NCBI GenBank assembly: GCA_963733375.1
Contig: CAVTDB010000010.1
Span: 30,717-94,716 of the forward strand
Direction: 5' to 3'
DNA: 64,000 bases
DNA from: Nitrospirota bacterium
Lineage (GTDB): Bacteria > Nitrospirota > JACRHJ01
The notes below the pieces were generated by a model. The model searched no databases. It saw only the letters and a list, made by a program, of their open reading frames with translations, and was not told the DNA's origin. A program made the position numbers and the translations under genes. Shown one piece after another: positions 31,673-41,995 of the stretch (within the stretch, counting starts at the first letter, position 1; every line of letters begins with the position of its first letter).

Positions 31673-31978
31673 TCAGTGTACCGTCGTCTTTTGGCCCGGG
31701 GCCGGGGCCGGGGGCTGTATCTCTCCGAACTGCCGCTCGTACCCGGCGACATTCTCCGCGAGCGCCGCAAGGAATTGCTTGGCATGGACCGGGTTCGTTA
31801 TCACCCGCGCGCGCACCACCGCCGCTTCCTTCCCCGGCAGGACCGCCGCGAAATCGAAGATGAACTCGTTGGCGTTATGCACGATGCTGGCGACGTTGGA
31901 ATAGACGCCGCCTTCTACCTCCGGCTTAAGCTCGAAGGTCAGCGCGCCTGGCGGCGCGTCTTTTGCTCTCTCAGCCAT
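31673..31978 (-). CDS. DUF3467 family protein
   Basis: GVYSN...I.H...EFIFDF, RVI.NP.HAK.F..AL.EN...YE..FGEI. Confidence 0.85.
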   Translation of the reverse strand: MAERAKDAPPGALTFELKPEVEGGVYSNVASIVHNANEFIFDFAAVLPGKEAAVVRARVITNPVHAKQFLAALAENVAGYERQFGEIQPPAPAPGQKTTVH

Positions 31979-31991
31979 CTTCTCTCCTCTA

Positions 31992-32336
31992 TTAGCAGCA
32001 GGAGCCGCCGTGGCCGCCGCTGCCGCAGCCGCATGAAGAAGCCTCGCCGGTCTCCTTGATTATAAAACCGTGGTCCTCCATGAAGTCCACCTGAAGGCCG
32101 TCCATCAGGTCGGTGGTCTCCTTATCCATGTAGAAGCTGATGCCCTGCATCTCGACCTTCGCGTCGTCCTTTTCGCCTTTTTTTACCAGGTCCATCTCGT
32201 AGTTCTGGGAAGGGCCGCACGAGCAGCAGGACGACTCTGCCACGAACGCCTTTATCTTCACGCCCAAACCCTTTTCTTCCTGGGCCTCGAGGACTTTTTT
32301 GAACTCGTTTATCGCTTTTTCGCTGACTTCAAGCAT
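31992..32336 (-). CDS. HesB/IscA-like Fe-S assembly accessory protein
   Basis: EVSEKA, Cys-rich SSCCSCGPS, VDF, C-terminal SSCGCG. Confidence 0.75.
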   Translation of the reverse strand: MLEVSEKAINEFKKVLEAQEEKGLGVKIKAFVAESSCCSCGPSQNYEMDLVKKGEKDDAKVEMQGISFYMDKETTDLMDGLQVDFMEDHGFIIKETGEASSCGCGSGGHGGSCC

Positions 32337-33153
32337 TACTTTTCTCCTTGTTGAAATGGTCCACTATAGCGAGGAAGAGCGACTCCGCGGTATACTCCCG
32401 CGGGATGACATTGACACTGAGCCCCGCCTCCTCGCACGTCTTTGCCGTTACCGGCCCGATACATGCTATCTCCATCCTGGAGAGCATCCCCGCCGCTTTC
32501 GGCCCTGCCGCATTCAGAAAGTTTGTAACGGTGGACGAACTGGTGAAGGTCACGACCGTGCGGGCGCCGCCCGAGAGCGCGTCGTCGATTACGCCGGACA
32601 ACCCTCCCGGCGCGATTGTCCTGTATACGGTCACCACGTCAACGATCGCGCCCGACGCCCGAAGCGCCTCAGGCAGGACTTCCCTCGCCACTTCCGCCCT
32701 GGGGTACAGAAATTTTTTACCCCTTATGTCTTCCCCGGACAAGGCCAGGACAATGCCCTCCGCCCTGGACTCCTCCGCGATAATATCGGCCTTCAGCCCG
32801 TTTTTCCCAAGCGCGGCCGCCGTCTTCGGCCCCACGGCCACAATCCTTAAGCCCTTCAGGTCTTCCGGGCCCTTCCCCATCTCGCCCATCCGGAGCAGGA
32901 GGAACTTAATAGAGTTTACGCTTGTGAATACGGCATAGTCGTATGAAGAAAGACTCGCAACGGCCCTGTCTATCCCGGATTTATCCTCAGGCGGGACGGT
33001 CTGTATAACCGGAACGGCCACAACCTCCGCGCCCGCCGCTTCAAGCATATCGATTAATTCAGCGGACTGCTCCTTGGCACGGGTTACAATCACGCGTACG
33101 CCTGAGAGCGCATTACTTTCCGGCATGCCCGTTTTTGTCTTTGGAGCCTCCAC
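32329..33153 (-). CDS. hemD: Uroporphyrinogen-III synthase
   Basis: VIVTRAKEQ, FTSVN, VGPKTA, VYRT, FTSSST, CIGPVTA. Confidence 0.92.
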   Translation of the reverse strand: MEAPKTKTGMPESNALSGVRVIVTRAKEQSAELIDMLEAAGAEVVAVPVIQTVPPEDKSGIDRAVASLSSYDYAVFTSVNSIKFLLLRMGEMGKGPEDLKGLRIVAVGPKTAAALGKNGLKADIIAEESRAEGIVLALSGEDIRGKKFLYPRAEVAREVLPEALRASGAIVDVVTVYRTIAPGGLSGVIDDALSGGARTVVTFTSSSTVTNFLNAAGPKAAGMLSRMEIACIGPVTAKTCEEAGLSVNVIPREYTAESLFLAIVDHFNKEKSNA

Positions 33154-34107
33154 TTAGTACCCTTTCAGCTCCCTGCCGTAAACTTCCGCGAGTATCTTGT
33201 CCGCGCCTTTTGAAAGAAGCCTCTGGGCGAGTTCCACTCCCGCCTTCGCGCCTTCCTTCACGGGCGCTTCCAGCTCGTCTTTTATAATCCTGTCCCCGGT
33301 CACACTCCCGACCAGCCCGCGGAGCCTGAGCTTTTTCCCGCCGTCCATCACGACCGCGTAGGCCGCGATGGGGACCTGGCATCCGCCCTCCAGCTTTCCA
33401 AGAAACGCCCTCTCGGCGGCAACCGCATCCCAGGTATCCTGGTCCTGAAGGCTCGACAGGACCTTGTTTATAAACTCGTCGTCCTTCCTGCACTCTATCC
33501 CGATGGCCCCCTGGCCTATCGCCGGGAGACAGATTTCAGGCCCGATATACTCTTTTATCTTCTCCGCCCAGCCCATCCGCCTTATCCCCGCGGCGGCGAG
33601 TATTACCGCGTCGAAGAGGCCTTCCTCGCATTTCCTTATCCGGGTGTCCAGGTTTCCCCGGAGCTGCTCGACCTTTATGTCCGGCCTCACCGCCATCAGC
33701 TGGCACTGGCGCCTTAAGCTGCTGGTGCCTATGGAGGCCCCTTTGGGGAGCGTGCCAAAAGAGGCGTGGTCGCGGGAGAGGAAGGCGTCTCTTGGGTCTT
33801 CCCTCTTCGTCATGACTGCCAGGTGCAGGGGTTCGGGGAGGTCTGTCGGCACGTCCTTCATGCTGTGCACGGCGAGGTCTATCTCGCCCTTAAGCATCGC
33901 GTCCTCTATCTCCTTTACGAAAAGCCCCTTGCCGCCTACCTGCGCGAGCGGCACGTCCAGTATCATATCGCCGGTGGTCTTTATCTTCTTAAGCGTTATC
34001 TCCACGCCCGGGTTTCGCATCATCAGCTCGCGCTGGACGAATTCCGCCTGCCACAGGGCCAGCATGCTGCCCCTGGTGCCGATGATTATCTTATCGCGGT
34101 TGGACAA
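33154..34107 (-). CDS. hemC: Hydroxymethylbilane synthase
   Basis: IGTRGSMLALWQA, GGKGLFVKE, VHSMKD, RGNLDTR, GGCQVP. Confidence 0.97.
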   Translation of the reverse strand: MSNRDKIIIGTRGSMLALWQAEFVQRELMMRNPGVEITLKKIKTTGDMILDVPLAQVGGKGLFVKEIEDAMLKGEIDLAVHSMKDVPTDLPEPLHLAVMTKREDPRDAFLSRDHASFGTLPKGASIGTSSLRRQCQLMAVRPDIKVEQLRGNLDTRIRKCEEGLFDAVILAAAGIRRMGWAEKIKEYIGPEICLPAIGQGAIGIECRKDDEFINKVLSSLQDQDTWDAVAAERAFLGKLEGGCQVPIAAYAVVMDGGKKLRLRGLVGSVTGDRIIKDELEAPVKEGAKAGVELAQRLLSKGADKILAEVYGRELKGY

Positions 34108-34128
34108 AATATAAACCTCCTGAAAAAT

Positions 34129-35452
34129 TTATCTGGTCTCTGCCTCTGAAAGGGCCGAAGACTCGTCCGAATGGCCGTGATCTTCCTTCTCTTCCACGCC
34201 GAACAGCACGCGCGCGGACTCTATGTTGCTGCTGCTTTCCGGGTCGCCCGCGGCCTTTTTCAGGGCTACCAGCGGGTGGTGGAGGAGCTTGTTCACTATG
34301 GACTGGGTAAGGGCCTCCACCTGCTTTTTCTGTTTCTCGGAAAGCTCGCCCATCTTCGAGAGAGTTTTGTCCAGCTCGGCTGCCCGCATCTCCTCCGCCT
34401 TTTCGCGTATGGCCACGATGGTAGGGACGACGTCTATCGAGCGGAGCCAGGTCTGAAACGTCTCTATCTCTTCCTCGATTATCTCAGCTCGCCAGCTCCG
34501 CCTCTTTCTGGCGGTCTTTTATGTTCGACTCCACCACGTTCTGGAGGTCGTCTATGTCGTACAGATAGACGTTGTCTATCTTGTTTATCTCCGGGTCCAG
34601 GTTCCTGGGGACGGCGATGTCGATTAAGAATACCGGGCGGTTCTTGCGCGCCTTTATCACCTTCGCCATGTCCTGCCCCGTGAGGATATAGTGCGGCGCG
34701 CCGGTCGAGGCTATCAGTATGTCCGCGTTCACCATCTCCGAGACCAGGTTTTCGTAGTGCACCGGGACCCCGTCGAAGTCCTTGGCCAGTTCCACCGCCC
34801 GTTCAAACGTGCGGTTAGCCACCATGACGGTCTTGACCCCGTTATTTACCAGGTGCTTCGCGGCAAGCTCCGCCATCTCGCCCGCGCCCGCCAGCATCAC
34901 GGACTTCCCTGTCAAATCCCCGAATATCTTCCTCGCAAGCTCCACTGCGGCGAAACTTATGGAGACCGCGGACTCGGCGATCTTGGTCTCCGTCCGTATC
35001 CTCTTGGCGACGGAGATGGCCTTCTTCATCAGGCGGTTCATCACTACGCCCGTGGTCTTGTTCGCAAGGGCGTGGTCGAAGGAGTCCTTCAACTGTCCGA
35101 GTATCTGCGGCTCTCCCACCACCATCGAGTCAAGCGATGCCGCCACCCGGAATATGTGCCTTACGGCGTCCCTGCCGGAGACGCAGTAGATGCATTCGCC
35201 CACAGACCCGCCTTCTATTTCGTGGTAGTCCACGAAGAAGCGCCTTAAGCGGTCCATCCCGCCCGCCGCATCCTTGACGGTGGCGTAACTCTCCACCCGG
35301 TTGCAGGTGGACAGGATGAGGTTCTCGTTCACGCCCTGAAGACCCTTCATCTTCGCCAGCGCGTCCGGCAGCTTCGCCTCCGGGAACGAAAGACGCTCCC
35401 TGATTTCCACTGACGCCGTCTTATGACTTATGCCTACGACTACGATATCCAT
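34129..35452 (-). CDS. hemA: Glutamyl-tRNA reductase (frameshifted)
   Basis: SHKTA.VEIRE, LSTCNRVE, SLDSMVVGEPQILGQ, GAGEMA, DIAVPRN, NKLLH.P. Confidence 0.95.
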
Positions 35453-35453
35453 A

Positions 35454-36269
35454 TTATTTGAACGCGTGTCTCCCCGGAAGGAGCAGGTTCACCCCCAGGA
35501 ATGTGAATAGAACGATTAAAAAAGCGAATACCGCAAGATATGCCGCCTTCCTGCCGCGCCAGCCGGTAACGAGCCTCGCGTGGAGGTATGAGGCATAAAT
35601 GAGCCATGTTATAAGCGACCATATCTCCTTCGGCTCCCAGCCCCAGTAAGAACCCCAGGCGGAGTCCGCCCAGATGGAGCCGGTGACCATGGCGAGCGTC
35701 AGGAGCGGGAAGCCCATGACGATAGCCCGGTATGAGAGGTCGTCCAGGACGTCCAGCGGCGGAAGCCTCCGGTAGAACCCGCCGGGACTCTTATGCTTTA
35801 ACTGTCTCTCCTGGATGATGTACATCATCGCGATGCAAAAAGCTATGGCGAAGGCGGCGTCCGCGAGGAATGCAAGGGTCGTATGCACGCCCAGCCAGCC
35901 GCTGGAGAAATACTGCGGAAGGGGGGCGGTGCTTGGCGCGAAAAGCGTGGAAGCCAGTATAAGGAGAAAGGCGATTGTTATTATGAACGCGCCCAGCACC
36001 CGGATCTTCCACCTGTATTCAAGCACCAGGTAAATAAGGACTATCGCCCAGGAAAAGAAAATCAAAGACTCCCGGATGTCCGTCATCGGGACATGGCCCT
36101 TATCTACCATCTGGTATATGAGGAACATGGTATTGAAGGCGAAACCGACGATGGTGGTGAGCTGGCAGACCTTGCCTATGCTCTCGCGCTGGCTGATCAG
36201 GAACAGCGCGTAGTGGAACGTGGCGAGGAAATAAAAGAAAAGGGTGGCGCCGAATAAAACTCCGCTCAC
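35454..36269 (-). CDS. ccsA: Cytochrome c biogenesis protein CcsA/CcsB (system II)
   Basis: WWD motif GSIWADSAWGSYWGWEPKEIWSLITW..Y..YLH. Confidence 0.9.
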   Translation of the reverse strand: MSGVLFGATLFFYFLATFHYALFLISQRESIGKVCQLTTIVGFAFNTMFLIYQMVDKGHVPMTDIRESLIFFSWAIVLIYLVLEYRWKIRVLGAFIITIAFLLILASTLFAPSTAPLPQYFSSGWLGVHTTLAFLADAAFAIAFCIAMMYIIQERQLKHKSPGGFYRRLPPLDVLDDLSYRAIVMGFPLLTLAMVTGSIWADSAWGSYWGWEPKEIWSLITWLIYASYLHARLVTGWRGRKAAYLAVFAFLIVLFTFLGVNLLLPGRHAFK

Positions 36270-36741
36270 TGCTTACCCCCCTGTTGCCCCACTGCTTCCG
36301 TGCTTCCGGCCGCTTGCCGCGCCGGGGCTGACGCCTGCTCTTTTTTGGCCTGCAGCGCCAGGACCTTGTCGATTTCAGACTCGGAGCGGGCTATCCAGTC
36401 CTTGTACGGGGTATAGAAGCTCCTTACCCCGTAGAAGCTGCTTCGAATGGAGCGGTAGGCAATAAGCGCCCAATCGTAATCGCCGGATTTCTCGAATCCC
36501 TGGCCTATCTCCCAGAGCCTCTGGGCAGAGGCCGGGACGTATCCCGCGAAGGGGGCGTACATGTGGATTGCGGTCTCGTAATCGGAGATGGCGTTTTTGA
36601 GGTTGCCTGCGGCCATGGCCTTTTCACCTTGTTTGTACTGGTTTTGACCGTAGGAATATGTCTTCGTCCATACCATTGCAATCAATAAGACAAATATAAA
36701 AAAAACGCCTTTCAGGGCCTTGAATATTTTGACTCTTCCAT
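36266..36741 (-). CDS. Membrane-anchored TPR-like hypothetical protein
   Basis: TM then helical repeats (AI..YE.AIHMY.P); likely ATG 36741 with a homopolymer indel. Confidence 0.55.
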
Positions 36742-36756
36742 CTTTTCCTTTCAGCC

Positions 36757-36825
36757 TTCTGTCTTCGCTACGCTCTGGACAGGTAAACCGTTTCTGTCTT
36801 CGCTACGCTCTGGACAGGTAAACCG
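36757..36825. repeat. Two tandem copies of 35-bp REP-like repeat
   Basis: ttctgtcttcgctacgctctggacaggtaaaccg(t) x2. Confidence 0.92.
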
Positions 36826-36827
36826 CT

Positions 36828-37007
36828 TCACGAAGAGAAAAAGCCGGGGACGCACACGAGAAGCGTCCCTAAAATTGCGACGGCGAGGCCGATGAGGATT
36901 GAAAATGAACCTATGATGTCGAGAGGCTTTTTTGCGTTATGGGCGGCCCAGAAGCCCCAGCCTATTACGAAAAGCCCGCTGATAACCATCAGGGCGTGCA
37001 AAAACAT
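36828..37007 (-). CDS. 59-aa membrane protein; absent from ORF track
   Basis: RBS GGAGG; MFLHALMVISGLFVIGWGFWAAHNAKKPLDIIGSFSILIGLAVAILGTLLVCVPGFFSS*. Confidence 0.65.
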   Translation of the reverse strand: MFLHALMVISGLFVIGWGFWAAHNAKKPLDIIGSFSILIGLAVAILGTLLVCVPGFFSS

Positions 37008-37077
37008 TTTGCCTCCACAAGGTTAAACGTAATGATTATAAGCGTTATCTACTGGTAAAGTCAAGAAATATTGGAAT

Positions 37078-37107
37078 AAAAAAGCCTCCGTCGCCGGAGG
37101 CTTTTTT
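37078..37107. terminator. Bidirectional intrinsic terminator
   Basis: AAAAAAGCCTCCG-tcgc-CGGAGGCTTTTTT. Confidence 0.85.
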
Positions 37108-37120
37108 ATTATACGATACA

Positions 37121-37193
37121 GGTTTTCTGTCTTCGCTTCGCTCTGGACAGGTAAACCGTTTCTGTCTTCGCTTCGCTCTGGACAGGTAAGCCG
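37121..37193. repeat. Two tandem copies of 35-bp REP-like repeat
   Basis: ttctgtcttcgcttcgctctggacaggtaa(a/g)ccg x2. Confidence 0.92.
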
Positions 37194-37197
37194 CTTC

Positions 37198-37415
37198 TTA
37201 CTCGGCCGGGGTCTCCGCCGGAGCAGGGGTCTCCGTCGGGGCCGGGGGTCCGCTTCCGGGGCCGGGGCCACGCTGCTGGTGTTCGTCATCGCCGGGGCGG
37301 CCGTGCTGCTGTCGGGGGCGGGCTGGGTCTCGTCCGAGAAGACAAGGCCGGAGACTGAAAGGACTGCAACCGCGACTAAGACGCCCGATACCAATACCAT
37401 TTTCAGCTTCTGCAT
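37198..37415 (-). CDS. Small secreted Pro/Ala-rich protein
   Basis: Signal peptide then DETQPAPDSSTAAPA; likely true stop TAA at 37198 after an indel. Confidence 0.5.
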
Positions 37416-37557
37416 ATACCGTTCCTCCTGTTTGAAAATAAAATGCCGTGTACCGTAAGATGAACCAGAGAACTTGAAGAACGAACGGAGAACTTAACCA
37501 ACTGGAGGAGGTCTTATAATGTCACTATAACCGCCAGACAAAACTATAACAGGGAAA

Positions 37558-37782
37558 TTATAAGTACGCAACCAGTGAGAATGCGAGCTGTATAGGGGAA
37601 ACTAATACATTCAGGATGGGAATAGCGGGTTTATGCGGTCTTGAATGCGGCCCTGCGATGCATTCGCCGGCGCTGGTAAAACTTCTATGCCTGTGCGGAA
37701 AGCGGCTCTGGAAATAGCGAGCGCCGCCCGCCGCCGAAATCAGAAGGATTATCAGTAAAGAAAGGCAAAGCCGTTTCTTCAT
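37558..37782 (-). CDS. Small hypothetical membrane protein
   Basis: Hydrophobic termini; ATGA overlap with the phoH-like gene. Confidence 0.4.
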   Translation of the reverse strand: MKKRLCLSLLIILLISAAGGARYFQSRFPHRHRSFTSAGECIAGPHSRPHKPAIPILNVLVSPIQLAFSLVAYL

Positions 37783-39098
37783 AAAAGCTGCGCCGCAAGC
37801 TCCGCGAGCCTGGAACGCTCGCCCTTTTTTAATGTGATATGGCCTGAAATCCCTTCATTCTTAAACCTCTCCGTGACAAAAGTCAGCCCGTTGGAGGCCG
37901 AGTCTATGTACGGGTTGTCTATCTGGTACGGGTCGCCTGTCAGGACGATCTTCGTGCCCTCTCCGGCGCGGGTAATTATAGTCTTTATCTCGTGCGGGGT
38001 GAGGTTCTGGGCCTCGTCCACGATCAGGTAACGGTTGGGCATGCTCCGGCCCCGGATATACGTCAGCGGCTCCAGCTCCAGCATCCCCAGGTCAACTAAT
38101 CCGTGGTAGTCCTTGGGTTTTCTGCCCCGGCCCTCGGTCGGCCCCATCAGGAACTCCAGGTTATCGAATATCGGCTGCATCCAGGGCTTCAGCTTCTCCT
38201 CCACGTCGCCGGGCAGAAAACCAAGGTCGCGCCCAAGCGGAAATATGGGGCGGGATACCACCAGGCGGTTAAAGGTGCGCTCTTCGACGGTCTTCTCCAG
38301 GCCCGCGGCAAGAGCCAGGAGCGTCTTGCCCGTACCCGCCTGTCCCACCAGCGTGACCAGCTTCAGGTTGTCGTCCAGCAGGAGGTCCAGCGCGTAGCTC
38401 TGCTCCTTGTTCCTGGCGGTAACCCCCCAGACTCCGTCCTTGCCGTGTAAAAGTTTTACCAGCGCCTTTTTCTTTTGATAATATCTGGAGAGCCCGGTAT
38501 GGTTCGGGTTGTATTTGTCTTTTATCAGCACGAACTGGTTCGGGAAAAAAGGGCCCTCCACCGGCAGTTCGCCCTTCTCGAAGAACAGGTTCAGCGCCTC
38601 CGGCGCCACCTCCAACTCCGCCTCGCCGCTATACATCTCGGAGATATTTACGGTGTCGGTTTCATAGTCCTCGGCCCGGACACCCAGCGCATCCGCCTTT
38701 ATCCGGAGGTTCGTGTCCTTCGTGACAAGGACCACGTTCTCCTCCCCATGCTCCTTTGACAGGCACAGCGCGACCTTCAGTATCCGGTTGTCCGCCGAGT
38801 CCCCCTCCATCATTGACGGAAGGGTGCAGTCAACGTCGTGCTGGTGGTTCAGCTCCACGCGGAGCATCCCTCCGTTATCCAGGGTCACTCCGGCGGACAG
38901 CTTGTTCCTCATCCGGAGCTCGTCTAAGTGCCGGGAGACCTGGCGGGCGTTCCGGCCTATCTCGTCCAGTCCCTTTTTGAAACGGTCCAGCTCCTCGATT
39001 ACTACAATCGGTATGATAACGTCATTTTCCTCGAAAGAGAAGATTGAATTAGGGTCGTGGAGCAGGACGTTTGTGTCCAGGACGAAAGTCTTTTTCAA
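37779..39098 (-). CDS. PIN-PhoH family protein (PhoH2/YlaK-like)
   Basis: FVLDTNVLLHDP PIN domain; GQAGTGKT; GFLPG; YIRGRS; IVDEAQN; GDPYQID. Confidence 0.93.
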   Translation of the reverse strand: MKKTFVLDTNVLLHDPNSIFSFEENDVIIPIVVIEELDRFKKGLDEIGRNARQVSRHLDELRMRNKLSAGVTLDNGGMLRVELNHQHDVDCTLPSMMEGDSADNRILKVALCLSKEHGEENVVLVTKDTNLRIKADALGVRAEDYETDTVNISEMYSGEAELEVAPEALNLFFEKGELPVEGPFFPNQFVLIKDKYNPNHTGLSRYYQKKKALVKLLHGKDGVWGVTARNKEQSYALDLLLDDNLKLVTLVGQAGTGKTLLALAAGLEKTVEERTFNRLVVSRPIFPLGRDLGFLPGDVEEKLKPWMQPIFDNLEFLMGPTEGRGRKPKDYHGLVDLGMLELEPLTYIRGRSMPNRYLIVDEAQNLTPHEIKTIITRAGEGTKIVLTGDPYQIDNPYIDSASNGLTFVTERFKNEGISGHITLKKGERSRLAELAAQLL

Positions 39099-39323
39099 TA
39101 GGGGCCCCCTCTAAAATGATTCAGGCGAGATTAAAAGTCCCGGTTATATTACTCCGGCGGATTCAAAAAATCAACAATTAGGATTAATCGGATTCCTCAT
39201 CATAATTTCAGGCCTCCCGGGCCGCAAAATCTGCCTCCTTTTGTAAAAAACGCGCCAAAAACTTTTGGACCGGTGAAATAAAAAATATGATTTTTTCAAA
39301 TGCATTAGTGATATAATTTAGAT

Positions 39324-39557
39324 ATGCACAGCCGAATGATAAACATGGTGATGCCGTCGCAGAGCGCAAGGATACGCGAGCTCGAGGAGGAGCTTGGCTG
39401 GGCCGAGACGCCCGGAAGGCTCCGGGGCTTCATCATGCGGAAGACGAAATTAAACCGCGTCCTGACTGCCGAGCAGGCGGAACAGGTTATCGAAGCCCTG
39501 ACGGAGCTCCTGCGGGAAAGGGAGAGCCCGCCGGAAAAGGGGAAAGGAAACGGATGA
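39324..39557 (+). CDS. Small protein resembling the C-terminal half of Mu GemA (gp16, DUF1018)
   Basis: Q..RI..L..ELGW.....L.GFI.R.......LT.EQA..VIEAL pattern. Confidence 0.45.
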   Translation: MHSRMINMVMPSQSARIRELEEELGWAETPGRLRGFIMRKTKLNRVLTAEQAEQVIEALTELLRERESPPEKGKGNG

Positions 39558-39563
39558 GCGGTG

Positions 39564-41458
39564 TTACCGCATTTCCGGGTTGTGATAAAACTGTGCGCGG
39601 CTCTTTTTAATCTCCGCAGATAACTCCCTGTATTCCCTGCTTTTCCTGTCGAGTTTTGTAAGCCTTATCTCCGCTTTCCTCAGTTTGTCTTCATCATACT
39701 TCAATTCATTTACATACTTGCTATATTTTGCCGCATCCGCGCGGGGGATGGAAAAATCTCCCGGCACGTTCCAGATATCTTTCATGTATTTCCATGCCGC
39801 ATAGTCCCATACCTGTGCGTCGCCTGTGGGCTTCAGGCTTGACGTCTGCCGGATATCCGTTATCTTTAGCCCTGTTGCGTCCGCGGTTATCTTCTGCGCG
39901 CCGGTGAAAGGGTCCGAGCCCTCGCGTCCCAGATATTCCCAGGTAGCCCCCGCGCCTTGCGCCTCGGATTCATGGCAGGACTTGCATGGCCGGGATTTCC
40001 CGATGCCGTGCCCGACGGCCTCGAACTGCATCCACGCAAGCGCCTTGTTCGCCGCCGGAAGCGACGAATAAGCGCCCATGATGGCATATGCGTCCTGCGT
40101 CTCACCGCCCGGCCAGCGCCATTTGATGCCTGACGGCATTGCTTCGCCCTTGAAATTAGTCGCCATGTTCGGCCAGACCTTGTACGGCGTGTACATCCCC
40201 CGGTTTTTAATCAGGATGGGCGGAGAAAACACGCCGTAGTACAGGCTGTATTTCTCGAACGGGCTGGGTTTTCCTGAAATACGGCCCTTGCCCCAGACGG
40301 TCATCTGGTAGCCGCCCAGCTTCGATATATGGCAGGCCTGACAGCGCAAGTTTTTATGCGGGCCCTCCGAGTTCGCCTTCCATGCGGTGTAGTGGCATCC
40401 GCCGCAGTCCACCTTCCGGCTGATGTCGCCCATTCCCTTGCCGCCGTTTTCGTGGCAGTCTATGCACAGAAGTCCAGCCTTCACGTGCGCGTCCGGCGGG
40501 AACCCCGCGGGCTGTGAAAACTCAGCCCCCAGATAGCTGTCGCCCCTTCGCCGCTCCTGGCTCCCGGAGTGGCACATCCCCGTCCCGCGTCCGCCGCCGG
40601 TGCAGTTGACGGCCGGGACGCGACTGGTGAAATTATGCACTCCGCCCGATGCGTTCGGATAGTAATGGCAGTCGTTGCATCCGGCGTGGCACACGTTGCA
40701 GAAGCGCTGGCGGTCGGAGGCGTTCTCAAAGCTCGCCGGGCAGGAAGTCTCATTCTTCACCAGCTTATAGTTCGCTCTCGGAAAAACCCGCCCCGGACCC
40801 AGGCGGCATGTCGGCAAACGACGGGCCGCAGTTGTTCGGGCCGTGGACGTCCGTCCAGTGCCGGGTGGAGCGCTGCCGGACGTTCCCTCCCATTACCGTC
40901 TGCTTGAACTGCTCCACTTCCTGCGGATGACAGCCTCGCCTTCCGCAGGTCTTTTCAGCTATTTTAGGGTCGTATCCGAGCGTCACCGGGTCGCGGTCGT
41001 GCCAGAGCACCGTAAAGATGCCCGGGTCCGGCTGGCCGTCGAACGTCTTCGGGAAAAGGGCGTACATCCTGTTCGCGCCCGAAGGCATGAGGCTGTCCAG
41101 CCTGCCCTTCCTGGGGATGGGGTGCGCGTCGCCGTCCACCAGGATAGCCTTCAGAAGGCCTTTGTGCGCCGTTTCCTTGTCGAGGCAGCTCGCCGTCGCC
41201 AAGGTGGCAATCGGTGCATTTCGCGCCGGGCATTTTCGTCTCTTTCTCTACCTGCTCGGCGGTCATATAGAACTGCGGATAGCCGGCGGCCTGCATTTTC
41301 GCTTTATCCGCGTGGCAGTACAGGCAGCCGTCCTGTCCGTTTCGGGCATGGTACGCGGACGCGATAAAAATAAAGACTACGAACTGGGCAAAGAAAATGG
41401 CAATGGGAAGGGGTTTTGAGAACAGGTCTGCGAGTGAGCCTATGCTGAACTTCTTCAT
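39564..41458 (-). CDS. Membrane-anchored multiheme c-type cytochrome (frameshifted)
   Basis: N-terminal TM; CxxCH x8 (CLYCH, CTDCH, CNVCH, CNDCH, CIDCH, CGGCH, CQACH, CKSCH) plus CGRRGCH and CTGGGRGTGMCH. Confidence 0.85.
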
Positions 41459-41538
41459 ACTGCCGCATATCTTACATTAAAAAGAGCGCCGGGTCAATTA
41501 CGGTTTAAAAATCTTTTCGTTTATGCTTTAATATTTCA

Positions 41539-41970
41539 ATGCAAAGACTGCTTATAGCCTTTATAGCGTGCCTTTTTATATTCTCCGCCTGCGCGCAAAG
41601 GGAAAAGGCGGAAATCGTCGTCCCCTCCGGGGATTCGGTCGTCATCGACGGGAAGGCCATGGCCCCCGGTGAGGCGAAGTTCTTCCGGTACGACTTCCGG
41701 GGCCGCGAGATAAGGTTCATCGCCGGGCGCACGGAGGCCGGGTCGTTCGTCACCGCGTTCGACGCCTGCGCCACTTGCTACGTCAACAAAAAAGGCTACC
41801 GCGGAGAGCCCGGCTGCGTCGTCTGCAACGAGTGCGGCTCCCGCTTCAAACTAAGCGAGATGGAGAAGGGCCTGGGCAACTGCGTCCCGGTCAACCTCCC
41901 GCACCGGCTCGAAGGCGACAGGATAATTATAAGCCTGGGCGACCTTCAAGCCGGGTGGAAGTGGTTTTAA
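41539..41970 (+). CDS. DUF2318 family Fe-S/Cys-rich lipoprotein
   Basis: Lipobox FSAC; AFDAC..C....GY; VCNECG..F; GNC.P..L. Confidence 0.8.
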   Translation: MQRLLIAFIACLFIFSACAQREKAEIVVPSGDSVVIDGKAMAPGEAKFFRYDFRGREIRFIAGRTEAGSFVTAFDACATCYVNKKGYRGEPGCVVCNECGSRFKLSEMEKGLGNCVPVNLPHRLEGDRIIISLGDLQAGWKWF

Positions 41971-41995
41971 AGGCCCCTATAAGTTCAGAAGGATT

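Noticed and set aside
36757-37193. CRISPR array from 35-bp repeats
   Set aside because: Units are directly tandem without spacers, real genes lie between the pairs, and no cas genes are present.
37440-37555. Possible small RNA with a CCTCCTCC anti-SD motif on the minus strand
   Set aside because: No convincing structure or terminator; it may simply be a 5' UTR.
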